The notes: generated by a model from the sequence alone, not told the origin. 64,000 nt of DNA from an uncultured Phycisphaerales bacterium (GCA_963758525.1 CAVWVQ010000005.1:160001-224000), one strand, 5' to 3'. Shown: positions 22,300 through 31,411, counted from the stretch's first letter. Made by a program: numbers and translations.

Positions 22300-22602
22300 T
22301 CAGAGGAAGAGCCACTCGATGAGCGCGGTCAGGATCAGTAGCGCGCCGATCAAATACATGCAGAGGATGGTGTAGTAAAAGGCGAGCGGGTTGCTTTCGC
22401 GGTTGATCCCGGCAGGCGGAGGTTCATCACCTTGATAGCCGGTGGTCAATAACCAGTCGGACAAGTAGCGGGGGCGCGGGGGGCCAGTCAGCGCGCCGGT
22501 TTTTGCGGCGGCGAAACCGAGAATGACCAGTACCAGCCCGATGATGAGCGGAACGGCCGGGAAAGAGGGATCGGATTGCGTGGCGGCCAAAGCCCAGCCC
22601 AT
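22300..22602 (-). CDS. Small two-TM hypothetical membrane protein
   Basis: Two hydrophobic segments flanking a loop with INRESNPLAFY; co-oriented with the upstream NDT gene. Confidence 0.55.
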   Translation of the reverse strand: MGWALAATQSDPSFPAVPLIIGLVLVILGFAAAKTGALTGPPRPRYLSDWLLTTGYQGDEPPPAGINRESNPLAFYYTILCMYLIGALLILTALIEWLFL

Positions 22603-22703
22603 GAGATCGGCATCGGCTCTTGGGCGCGGGTACTTGATGGGACTGAGCGCCAAACGTCCAGAAAGCGACGTTGGACGCGCTTCGCTTCGGCTTCGCGGCG
22701 CGG

Positions 22704-23432
22704 CTAGGAGCCCGTTTCAGAACTTGGAGCGCTACCTGCCCCCGCTCCCAATAACCTTTCGCGTGCGCGGCGATACTCGTCGCTGAGGTGCCGTTGTTTT
22801 TTCTTTTCCAGAATCTCCCGCACCGCTGCCGCATCCAGCTTCAGGTTACGGACCAGCGCCACCTGCCATGACGCATATTCTTCGGGCGCCGCAGTCTGCG
22901 TGTCCTCAAAGGCCAGCTTGATCCCGCGCACGGCAGCGATCGCGAGCCTGTGCAGAAACTTCTCCAGGCTGCCCGAGTCCTTGTACAGCTCCATCGAATT
23001 CACGTAGACCATCGAGGAGTCGTCGTAGCCAAGCATCAGATTGTACGGCACATCCGTCGTCTTCCGAACCGTGACGCCGGATGGAAAGTTCGTGCGCACA
23101 TCGCCCACGTTTCGGAAATCCGAGCGGAACTGCACGCGCGGCATGCCGAGCATGCTCGCCACCACGTACTCGGCGACCGTCCCCGAATCCAATTCCGTTC
23201 CGTTCATATTGGCAAAGACAAAATCACGCTGAATCATTCCCAGGTAGTCGGCCGACCGCGTTGCCGCGCCGTCGCCGGTCTCCTGTGTCGATAAATCCTG
23301 CGGCAAATCCATCTGAATGATCCCTTGCGACACGCGGTTGATCTCATCCGCCAGGACGCGATTGCCCTGCAGTTCCTGCGCGGAGAAAAGAGCGCCCGCG
23401 AAATAACCGGTGAGTTTGAATTCCTCAGACAT
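22704..23432 (-). CDS. Nucleoside 2-deoxyribosyltransferase family protein
   Basis: YFAGALFS..E, LPQD, D...M...D, ELDSGTVAE, RSDFR, YNLM. Confidence 0.8.
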   Translation of the reverse strand: MSEEFKLTGYFAGALFSAQELQGNRVLADEINRVSQGIIQMDLPQDLSTQETGDGAATRSADYLGMIQRDFVFANMNGTELDSGTVAEYVVASMLGMPRVQFRSDFRNVGDVRTNFPSGVTVRKTTDVPYNLMLGYDDSSMVYVNSMELYKDSGSLEKFLHRLAIAAVRGIKLAFEDTQTAAPEEYASWQVALVRNLKLDAAAVREILEKKKQRHLSDEYRRARERLLGAGAGSAPSSETGS

Positions 23433-23615
23433 CACCGCGACTCTAGCGAAAGTCGAATGAACCGCAAAGATTCGCCGTCGAAAAAGACGCGGCCGCGCAC
23501 ATCAACGGAAGGAGGCGCATTCTGTGCAGCACCCGCGCATGTTTGAGCCACAAATTTCAGGCGGGCACGCTCACCGGCTACACTGACCTCTGGGCGTCAA
23601 AATGAGTATCGATCG

Positions 23616-24341
23616 ATGACTGAGAGAACACTTCCCCAGATGGACCCGCACGCGGACAACTCAAGTTGGCGCACCTCCGGATGGTCGGCACTGATCCGCC
23701 TCTCTCCGGTGAAAATGCTCGTCGCGCTGGTGCTGTACATCGTCAGCGCTCCGTTTGTCGACCAGGTCCGCCACGGTCCGGTCATCAGCTCCCTCTTCAT
23801 GACAGGGGTACTGATTACCGCAACCCTGGCGATGGGCAGCCGGAAGTGGACTCTTCTTGTGGCCCTGTTCCTGGTGATCCCCGCGCTGGCAGCCCGCTGG
23901 GCGGCTCATCTGCGACCCGACTTGGTTCCGCCGGAGGTCTTCTCGACGGCGGGCATTCTGTTCGTCGGCTTTGTCGCGGCCAACATCGTCTATTTCATCC
24001 TTCACGCACCCGAAGTCAGTTCCGACGTCCTGTGCGCAGGCATCTCCGGCTACCTGCTGCTCGGATTGCTGTGGGCTTTTGCGTACACGCTGGTCTTTAA
24101 ATTGTCTCCAGACGCATTTGAATTTACCGCCAGAACTTCCGCGAGCCATGTGATGCAGGGTTTCACGGCAACCTACTTCAGCTACATCACGCTCTGCTCC
24201 GTCGGCTACGGCGACATCGTCCCTGTATCGCCCCCGGCGCGGATGCTTGCGATGATGGAAGCCATGACCGGAACGTTTTACGTGGCGGTGATGATCGCCA
24301 GGCTGGTCGCTTTGCATTCATCACGAAGGCCGCGCGGATGA
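23616..24341 (+). CDS. Potassium channel family protein (Ion_trans_2)
   Basis: YFSYITLCSVGYGDIVP filter region, GYLLLGLLWA, EAMTG.FYVAVMIARLV. Confidence 0.85.
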   Translation: MTERTLPQMDPHADNSSWRTSGWSALIRLSPVKMLVALVLYIVSAPFVDQVRHGPVISSLFMTGVLITATLAMGSRKWTLLVALFLVIPALAARWAAHLRPDLVPPEVFSTAGILFVGFVAANIVYFILHAPEVSSDVLCAGISGYLLLGLLWAFAYTLVFKLSPDAFEFTARTSASHVMQGFTATYFSYITLCSVGYGDIVPVSPPARMLAMMEAMTGTFYVAVMIARLVALHSSRRPRG

Positions 24342-24468
24342 ACCGCAATCTCAGCGAACCGGAGTGTTGAAACGAGAAGGCGCAAGACCGGGCATCCACC
24401 GCAACCGCGTACCACGCCGCGGCGTTTGCCCGTTACAGATGAATATCGCCTGGTGTTACGCTCACGAC

Positions 24469-24783
24469 ATGGAACCAATGAAACCCATGAAACCGATGAA
24501 GCCGATGCAACCCATGAAGCCGATGGCTCCGATGGAGCAGTGGTGGCCTGACGAACTGGGCCAGCCGAATTCGATCGGCAGTCAGAACGACCTGCGATAC
24601 GCCTACTTCGCCGATAGCCGCCGCCTGGCGGTGCAGCGTGGCGGCAAGACAACTCTCTACGATACCGGCGAACACCGTATCGGCGGGGTTTCGCAACAGC
24701 AGCAGAATAACGACGGCGGGGCGACCTTTACCAGTCAGATTGGGGATGTGAGGCTGGAGGATCTGAAGGTTGTCGAGAATTGA
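24469..24783 (+). CDS. Small conserved hypothetical protein with N-terminal (M-x-P)n repeat
   Basis: MEPMKPMKPMKPMQPMKPMAPMEQ followed by WWPDELGQP...QNDLRYAYF...YDTGEHRIGGVSQQQ, a motif I recall from SHOCT-associated proteins. Confidence 0.75.
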   Translation: MEPMKPMKPMKPMQPMKPMAPMEQWWPDELGQPNSIGSQNDLRYAYFADSRRLAVQRGGKTTLYDTGEHRIGGVSQQQQNNDGGATFTSQIGDVRLEDLKVVEN

Positions 24784-24852
24784 GCTGCTGCCGCCGCAAC
24801 AGCTCGTCGAGTGCGGCGCGCGAGACTCGAAAATGGCTGGCACCGCGAACGT

Positions 24853-25839
24853 TTACTTCGGCGCCGGAACAGTGGTCGGCACGGGAACTCCGGCCACAGC
24901 GGGGGCGGTTGCGGGCGCGACTTCCCATCCCGTGTTGATCACCAGCGTTGGGATCGCCTTTTTCAGCTCTTCCACACCGGCCGGCGTCACCTTGGTTTCC
25001 CAGAGATATAGCTGCCTGAGATTCTTCAGCGCCGCAAGCTGCGCCAGGCCGGCGTCGCTCACGCCAGTGGAATAGAGATTGAGATAGCCGAGATTCGTCA
25101 GGCCTTTGAGATGAGCCAGGCCCGAATCGGTGATCGGGGTTCTTTCCAGGTGAAGCTTGCGGAGATTTCGCAGCGGCTCGAGCGCGGCCAGTCCGTTGTC
25201 GGTGATCCTGGTGCCAGCGAGATTCAGCCAGAATACCTGCGGCGCGATGGGAGCGAGCGAGGCAAGCTGGGCGTCGGTGATCTTGTCGCCACCCATTTGG
25301 AATCCGATGTCGAGGAAATTGGTGTTCTGCGCGATCGGCATCGCCAGGGCGCCGGCTTTCTGGACGGCGGCAATGGCGGCGGGGTCGGCGGCGGCGACCG
25401 GCGGGAGTTGCGGATCGGCCAGAGCGGCGGGAGAGGTCGTCGGGCCGGTGGTCGCTGCCACCGCGTCCATCTTCCAATCACCGAACTTCGCCCCTTCGCT
25501 GATCCATCGCTTGATCAGATCGGTTTGCGCCCTGGCGAGCATCTCGCCCTTGGGGGGCATTCGCTCATCCGAATCTTTCGCCGCGGTGATGCGTGCATAC
25601 AGATCGCTCTTCGAAGGATCACCCGGCGCGACGGACAGGTCGTCCTTTCCGCCTTTGAGGATAGCCGCGGCGCTGTCGAGCTGCAGGCCGCCCTTGTGTT
25701 TGTCGCCGGCGTGGCACTTGTAGCAGCTCGCGGCGAAGATCGGACGAATCTGCCTGGCGAAATCGACGCTGTCGCCTCGCGTCAATACGCTTGTCAGAGA
25801 GATGCAGGCGGCGAAGCTGAGCACGATGCGCTGATTCAA
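24853..25839 (-). CDS. Planctomycete cytochrome c domain plus leucine-rich repeat protein, secreted
   Basis: RBS AAGGGAG before TTG 25839; signal-like N-terminus; VDFARQIRPIFAASCYKCH, RMPP, WISEGA; LRR units LxxLxLxxTxITDxGL. Confidence 0.85.
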   Translation of the reverse strand: MNQRIVLSFAACISLTSVLTRGDSVDFARQIRPIFAASCYKCHAGDKHKGGLQLDSAAAILKGGKDDLSVAPGDPSKSDLYARITAAKDSDERMPPKGEMLARAQTDLIKRWISEGAKFGDWKMDAVAATTGPTTSPAALADPQLPPVAAADPAAIAAVQKAGALAMPIAQNTNFLDIGFQMGGDKITDAQLASLAPIAPQVFWLNLAGTRITDNGLAALEPLRNLRKLHLERTPITDSGLAHLKGLTNLGYLNLYSTGVSDAGLAQLAALKNLRQLYLWETKVTPAGVEELKKAIPTLVINTGWEVAPATAPAVAGVPVPTTVPAPK

Positions 25840-25981
25840 TCGACTCCCTTTCGAGTAATGCGGTGAATATAGCATCTTCCCGGGTCCCACGATCGATCGT
25901 GCCTCATCAAGCAGAATTACAGTACACGCGATCTTGCGTTGCAAGGTCCGGAAAGCGAACAGAGTGCGAACCAGCAGGAGG

Positions 25982-26821
25982 TCAGGCGAAACACCGGCTG
26001 AGAAATTGATGGCTCTTGAGGGCCGCTTGCTGGGGGTTGTCGGTGTGGGTGTACAGTTCAACGGTGAGAAATCGTCTGTAGTCGGTTGCTTCCAGCGCTC
26101 TGCGCAGCCCGGCCCAGTCCATCGTCCCTTCGCCGGGAACCATGTGGTAATGCTTGCGGCCGGGGATGTCTTCCACGTGCAAATTCCAGATTCGCCCGTG
26201 CAGCTTCTTCACTGACTCTGGAACGGATTCTCCGATGACCTGGCAGTGTCCCACGTCCAGATTCGCGCCAAGCCGCGCGTGCCCGAGCCGGGCGATCCAA
26301 TCGCTCAGCTCGTCAACGTATTCCAGAAACAACCCCGGCTCGCACTCGATCCCGACATCAATCCCCAGTTGATCCGCGCGATCGAGGATCGGGCGAATCG
26401 ACCTGGCAAATTGCTCCGCGGCCGGCCCGGGAGGCATTCCGCCGAGCATTCGGCCGCTGGTGATGCTGATGTTCGCCGCTCCGACATCCTTCGCAAATTG
26501 AAGAGTCCGCAGGATCATTTCCGTACGGTCCGCCCGGTGCTTCGGATTTGGGCTGATCAGGCTCGGCTCGAAATAGGCTTCGGGCGGCGCGTCTTTCCAG
26601 TAGCCGAACGAGCAGTTGCAGTTGATGTTGCTGACCTGCAGCGACAGCTCTTCCAATGCTCGGCAGACGCCAGAGGTTAGTTCTTCGGTCATCTGCGGCG
26701 GATATGCGTGGGGAACGTCTGCAAGAATCTCCACGCCGGCAAACCCTGCCGCCTTGATCCCCCGCAGCGCATCGAGCAGCGGGAAGCGTGTGTAAGCATT
26801 GGTCGAAAACGCGAGCTTCAT
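25982..26821 (-). CDS. Sugar phosphate isomerase/epimerase (xylose isomerase-like TIM barrel)
   Basis: AGFAGVEI, IECEPG, NLDVGH, LHVED, HMVPGEG..DW, VELY. Confidence 0.85.
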   Translation of the reverse strand: MKLAFSTNAYTRFPLLDALRGIKAAGFAGVEILADVPHAYPPQMTEELTSGVCRALEELSLQVSNINCNCSFGYWKDAPPEAYFEPSLISPNPKHRADRTEMILRTLQFAKDVGAANISITSGRMLGGMPPGPAAEQFARSIRPILDRADQLGIDVGIECEPGLFLEYVDELSDWIARLGHARLGANLDVGHCQVIGESVPESVKKLHGRIWNLHVEDIPGRKHYHMVPGEGTMDWAGLRRALEATDYRRFLTVELYTHTDNPQQAALKSHQFLSRCFA

Positions 26822-26829
26822 GTTGGCGA

Positions 26830-28101
26830 TTACGCTGACGTGAGTTGCGATTCCAACTGCGTCAACTGATCCGCGACGTCGCGCTCGGTCTTGGCGTCGG
26901 AGTCGACGGTTCGCACCGCGTGAAGCACGGTAGTGTGATCGCGCCCGCCGAAGTAGCCGCCGATCTCTTCCAGCGAGTAGCGGGTATAGCGCCGCGCGAG
27001 GTACATGCAGACCTGGCGGGGAAACGCGATGCTCTTGTGGCGGCGCTTTCCCTGCAGGTCGCTGAGACGCACATTGTAATACTTGGTGACTGCGTCGAGG
27101 ATCTGCTGAATCGTGATCCGCTTCTGCTCCGGCACCACCGAGTCGCCCAGTGCGCTCTTGGCGAGCTCGAGGTCGATTCGCCCGTCCTGCAGCATGCCAA
27201 GGCCCTGCAGCTTGGTGATCGCCCCTTCCAATTCACGGGTGTTGTTCTCCACCTTGGCGGCGATGTAGCAGACTACATCGTCCGGCAGCGTCAGCCCGCG
27301 CATCCGCGCTTTCTTCTGCAGGATCGCCACGCGTGTTTCGTAGCACGGCTTCTCGATCCGAGCGACAAGGCCCCAGTTGAAGCGGCTCACCAGCCGTTCT
27401 TCGAGCTCGGGAATTTCGCTGGGCGGGCAGTCGGCGGAGAGAATGATCTGCTTATGCTGTTGATAAAGTGTGTTAAACGTGTGGAAAAACTCTTCTTGTG
27501 TGCGATCGCGTCCCGCCAGGAAGTGAATGTCGTCAATGACCAGCAGATCGAGATGGCGATACCTGGTGCGGAAGTGGTGCATGTCGCCGTTTTCGATCGC
27601 GAGGATGAACTGATTGATGAACGCGTCGCAGGAGAGATAGAGGATGCGCGCATCCTGCTTGTGCAGCAGCACTTTCTGGCAGATCGCCTGGAGCAGGTGC
27701 GTTTTGCCCAGCCCGACCCCGCCATGGATGAACAGGGGGTTGTATGCGTTGCCCGGTTGCTCGGCGACGGCCAGCGACGCGGCGTGCGGGAGGCGGTTGC
27801 ACGGGCCGGTCACGAAATTCTCAAAAAGATAATCCGGGTTCAGCGGCAGCGGCTCGTCCCCCTCGTTGAAGACGCCGCCGCGCGGAAGGCTGTTGCAGTG
27901 AAAGCTGACGGCGATCAACCGCCCGGTGACCGCCTGTGCGGCGATGGTGAACGGCTGCTGGCACTGGCTCTGACAGAAGTTGAGCTGCGCGGGCGTCGCC
28001 ACGGTGACCTGTACAATCCCGTGGGTGAGCTGACGCGGGCTCATCTCATCGAACCAGGTTCGGTTGAGGCTCGGGTGCTGCGAGCGCACCTGCTGCAGCA
28101 T
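26830..28101 (-). CDS. dnaA: Chromosomal replication initiator DnaA (true start probably upstream, near 28184, through an indel)
   Basis: LNPDYLFENFV.G, YNPLFIHGGVGLGKTHL, LLVIDDIHFL, QEEFFHTFN, SRFNWGL, RELEGA, RQVCMYL, FGGRDHTTVLHA. Confidence 0.95.
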   Translation of the reverse strand: MLQQVRSQHPSLNRTWFDEMSPRQLTHGIVQVTVATPAQLNFCQSQCQQPFTIAAQAVTGRLIAVSFHCNSLPRGGVFNEGDEPLPLNPDYLFENFVTGPCNRLPHAASLAVAEQPGNAYNPLFIHGGVGLGKTHLLQAICQKVLLHKQDARILYLSCDAFINQFILAIENGDMHHFRTRYRHLDLLVIDDIHFLAGRDRTQEEFFHTFNTLYQQHKQIILSADCPPSEIPELEERLVSRFNWGLVARIEKPCYETRVAILQKKARMRGLTLPDDVVCYIAAKVENNTRELEGAITKLQGLGMLQDGRIDLELAKSALGDSVVPEQKRITIQQILDAVTKYYNVRLSDLQGKRRHKSIAFPRQVCMYLARRYTRYSLEEIGGYFGGRDHTTVLHAVRTVDSDAKTERDVADQLTQLESQLTSA

Positions 28102-28299
28102 GCGCTGCCAGACGGCGGAGTCAAAAGAGGGTTCTGGGGCGCGACGAATATTTTGCGCGTCGAAAGCGGTTGGGTCGTTGTCATGGCGTTAAAGGAGACT
28201 GGTGAAAATCCTGCTCGTAACTTGCGGCGCGAATCAACCGCTCGAATGTGAACGAATGAAGGCGGCACTGTAGCGATGAACCCGCGCGACGCAAAGGAA

Positions 28300-29373
28300 T
28301 TATTCTCCCGCGCGCGAGATTTGTTTTTGCGCGCGCCTGCCAAAGAAAAAAGCGCGCGACAAGTTGCGTCTGCATCGCATCGTGCGCGCCGCCGCTGCAA
28401 ATGTTTCCGACGCCGCGCGCCTGTCGCGGAGGAAAATCCGGGAAGAATTTTTCATGGCGTCTGCTCTGGTGATCTGCGCGGGACCGGGAAGCGAGAGCAA
28501 TTCCATCACCTGCTTCAGATCGCTCCATACCGCCGCTCGTGTCTGTTCCGTGTACACGCGCAATACGTAGGACGGATGGTACGTCGGCATCAGTTTGATT
28601 CCGCGCCATGAGTGAAAACGCCCACGCATCGACCCCATGCTCGCGTTGGACTGCAGCATGTAGCGCGTGGCGGGCAGTCCGAGGGTGACGATTGCTTTGG
28701 GTTGCACGATCTCGAGTTGCCGCTCAAGGTACGGCGTGCAACTCTTCACTTCTTCGGGCGCCGGCACGCGATTGCCTGGAGGCCTGCATTTGACGATGTT
28801 GGCGATGAATACCTGATCCCGCCGCAGACCCATTGCGGCGATCATCCTCTCCAGCAGTTGCCCCGCTTTGCCGACGAACGGACGACCGGTGAGATCTTCG
28901 GTTTCTCCCGGGCCTTCGCCGATAAAAAAAATGTTCGCGTCGGGATCACCCTCGCCGAAGACCGTCTGGGTGCGCGTCTTGCAGAGAACGCACTTGGTGC
29001 AGCCGCGCACCTGCGACTCATCCAACGCCGCAAGCTCTGCGCGTTTTTCCTCGACGGAAAGTTCGGGACGATCGTGGCGCGCGGGTTCCACCAGTGCGCT
29101 TGCCGCAGAAGGCGCAGCCATCAGGGCGGCGTGCTGAGCCGGGCCACCGCCACGGGGCCGCGCCGCGATCGGTTCCGGCTCCGCTGCACTTGCGCGGACG
29201 GGTTCGCCGGCGCGGCCCAACACTGAAATGTCCGCGGCTGAATCCATTTGTGCCGTGCCGCGCGGCAGCGCGATGGAGCGCGGCACGCGGCGAACGCGAC
29301 GCACCGTCGAAAGCCCCATCGCCCGCTCGCTTCGCAGCCACAACTCTGCACGATGTCGCGCCGGATGACTCAT
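28300..29373 (-). CDS. Uracil-DNA glycosylase family 4
   Basis: CTKCVLC, VFGEG, GEGPG..ED..GRPFVG.AG, NIVKCRPP.NR, TYHPSY. The long C-terminal tail past the domain may reflect an indel. Confidence 0.9.
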   Translation of the reverse strand: MSHPARHRAELWLRSERAMGLSTVRRVRRVPRSIALPRGTAQMDSAADISVLGRAGEPVRASAAEPEPIAARPRGGGPAQHAALMAAPSAASALVEPARHDRPELSVEEKRAELAALDESQVRGCTKCVLCKTRTQTVFGEGDPDANIFFIGEGPGETEDLTGRPFVGKAGQLLERMIAAMGLRRDQVFIANIVKCRPPGNRVPAPEEVKSCTPYLERQLEIVQPKAIVTLGLPATRYMLQSNASMGSMRGRFHSWRGIKLMPTYHPSYVLRVYTEQTRAAVWSDLKQVMELLSLPGPAQITRADAMKNSSRIFLRDRRAASETFAAAARTMRCRRNLSRAFFFGRRAQKQISRAGE

Positions 29374-29460
29374 GATCGGCGGCATCGTATGCATCACCGA
29401 CCCACAGAACAACGTGACAAAATTTTCGCGTTGGAAACACGATTTTTCGCGCGCGAACCC

Positions 29461-29488
29461 TTGACGGCCCGCCGATATTTTATACGCT
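29461..29488 (+). promoter_or_regulatory. Putative sigma-70 promoter of the DHS-like gene
   Basis: TTGACG-N16-TACGCT, directly upstream of a structured leader. Confidence 0.55.
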
Positions 29489-29496
29489 ACTTTTGT

Positions 29497-29602
29497 AAAG
29501 CCACCACGAGCCGCAATGGCGGGTGCCCCCAATGAAGGGATGCACACCGTAGCGGGTCGCGGTGGCTTTTTGCGTTGATGGTGCCGTGCAAGGCACCAAC
29601 GC
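29497..29602 (+). promoter_or_regulatory. Candidate structured cis-regulatory RNA leader
   Basis: Long bulged hairpin AAAGCCACC...GGTGGCTTT with a T tail, then a second hairpin GCGTT..GGTGCC/GGCACC-AACGC before the RBS GAGGTG. Confidence 0.6.
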
Positions 29603-29637
29603 GAACAGCCGATCTTCAGAGCAGAGCGAGGTGTATT

Positions 29638-30687
29638 ATGGCAACCGCCAAGACCAAGAAGGATTTTCTTCATCAGACGATCGAGCACATCGATGTCACC
29701 AAACACAACGTCATCCCCGTCGTCGAGGCGATGTCGCACATGGCGTTCAGCGCCCGCGACCTGGCCCGCGCTGCCGACATTTATGACCGGATGCTCCGCG
29801 ACGCCGACTGCGGCATCATCCTCTGCCTCGCCGGATCTCTGATCAGCGCCGGGCTCAAGAAGGTGTTCGTCGACATGCTTCGCAACAATATGGTTGACGC
29901 CATCGTCAGCACCGGCGCCAACATCGTCGACCAGGATTTCTTCGAGGCCTTGGGGTTCCATCATTGGGTCGGCAGCCCCTACTATGACGACGCCACCCTC
30001 CGCGATCTGCACATCGACCGCATTTACGACACGCTGATCGACGAGGACGAGCTGCGCATCTGCGACGAGACGACACAGAAGATCGCCGACGAGCTCGATC
30101 CGCGGCCCTACTCCTCGCGCGAGTTCATTCGCGAGATGGGCGCCTATCTCCAGAAGATCGGCTGCAAGAGTCCCGACAGCATCGTCTATGAGGCGTACAA
30201 GCGCGACGTCCCGATTTTCTGTCCCGCGTTCAGCGACTGCTCCGCCGGCTTCGGCTTGGTCGCTCATCAGCACGCGCGCGGCGATCAGCCGAAAGTCAGC
30301 ATTGACAGCGCCAAAGATTTTTACGAATTGACGCAACTCAAGATCAAGAATGCCGAGACCGGCCTCTTCATGATCGGCGGGGGGGTTCCGAAGAATTTCG
30401 CGCAGGATATCGTCGTGGCCGCGGAAGTGCTCGGCAACGACGCTCCGATGCACAAGTACGCCGTTCAGATCACCGTCGCGGACGTGCGCGACGGCGCCCT
30501 CTCCGGCAGCACGCTCAAGGAAGCCAGCAGTTGGGGCAAGGTTGACACGGTCTTCGAGCAGATGGTCTACAGCGAAGCCACAATCGCCGTCCCGCTGATC
30601 GTCGGCTACGCGTATCACAAAGCCTCCTGGAAGAGCCGCACGGGGCGCAAGTGGAATCAGGCGCTTGAGCCGGCGGCGGTTGGGTAG
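29638..30687 (+). CDS. Deoxyhypusine synthase-like protein (bacterial polyamine/homospermidine pathway, SpeY-like)
   Basis: LAGSLISAG, IVSTGAN, IDRIYD, FCPAFSD, IGGGVPKNF, DGALSGSTLKEASSWGKV with the catalytic Lys retained. Confidence 0.92.
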   Translation: MATAKTKKDFLHQTIEHIDVTKHNVIPVVEAMSHMAFSARDLARAADIYDRMLRDADCGIILCLAGSLISAGLKKVFVDMLRNNMVDAIVSTGANIVDQDFFEALGFHHWVGSPYYDDATLRDLHIDRIYDTLIDEDELRICDETTQKIADELDPRPYSSREFIREMGAYLQKIGCKSPDSIVYEAYKRDVPIFCPAFSDCSAGFGLVAHQHARGDQPKVSIDSAKDFYELTQLKIKNAETGLFMIGGGVPKNFAQDIVVAAEVLGNDAPMHKYAVQITVADVRDGALSGSTLKEASSWGKVDTVFEQMVYSEATIAVPLIVGYAYHKASWKSRTGRKWNQALEPAAVG

Positions 30688-30713
30688 ATTCTGCCAGCTT
30701 CTGCAAAGTGAGA

Positions 30714-31411
30714 TCTGCCCGCTAAAGCGGGCAGACCGGCGGGAGCGAATGGACGTGCGCTGGCGCTCAAAGGGTGTCTGGGTGCGAAGGTTTCGGGTGC
30801 GACCCTGTCGGGCGGAAGAGTATCATGCGGGCGGCCACCGCTTCGAGCACTGGTACCGCGATAACTCCGTTTATTTCATCACCTCGCGCTGCCGCGATCG
30901 CTACCCGGCTTTCGAATCCGAACGTGCAGCGGGCGTATTCTGGGATCGGTTCGATCATTACGCACAGCTCTACGGATTCGTTCCGTGGGTCACGACGCTG
31001 CTCAACAACCACTATCACACGCTCGGATACCTGAAGGTCGGGGAAAACCTCGGGCCCATGGTGCAGCGAATACATGGATCCGTTGCGAAACTGGTGAATG
31101 ATTTGTTGCCCCAGCGGCGCTTGCCCTTCTGGCGCGGAAGCGGTCGGCGAGATTATTTTGATGGATGCATTCGCGACGAGGTCCAGTGTCGTCGGGCTTA
31201 CCGTTACACCCTCCTTCAGAGCGTTCGCGCGGGTCTGTGTCGAGATTGGCGCGACTACCCTCATACGCATCGCAAAAGCGACGTGGAGGTGGGGATTAAG
31301 CGTGCGCACGAGCTTAACGCGTTCATGGAGGGCGTTGCGTACAAGCGATATGAGCGCGGAAAGGAAAGCTGACGAGGTGCCTCCACCGGTCTGCCCGCTT
31401 CAGCGGGCAGA
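30714..31411 (+). mobile_element. REP-flanked RAYT-like cassette
   Basis: TCTGCCCGCTAAAGCGGGCAGACCGG (30714-30739) and its inverted copy CCGGTCTGCCCGCTTCAGCGGGCAGA (31386-31411) bracket the gene. Confidence 0.8.
30749..31372 (+). CDS. REP-associated tyrosine transposase-like HUH (Y1) nuclease
   Basis: VYFITSRC, NHYH (HUH), FW...YFD..IRD, AYRY...VRAGL..W.DYP. RBS GGGAG before ATG 30749. Confidence 0.8.
   Translation: MDVRWRSKGVWVRRFRVRPCRAEEYHAGGHRFEHWYRDNSVYFITSRCRDRYPAFESERAAGVFWDRFDHYAQLYGFVPWVTTLLNNHYHTLGYLKVGENLGPMVQRIHGSVAKLVNDLLPQRRLPFWRGSGRRDYFDGCIRDEVQCRRAYRYTLLQSVRAGLCRDWRDYPHTHRKSDVEVGIKRAHELNAFMEGVAYKRYERGKES

Noticed and set aside
29374..30618. Apparent 772-aa fusion protein ending in UDG
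   Set aside because: The N-terminal part is the antisense shadow of the DHS-like gene and crosses its promoter; UDG most plausibly starts near 29373.
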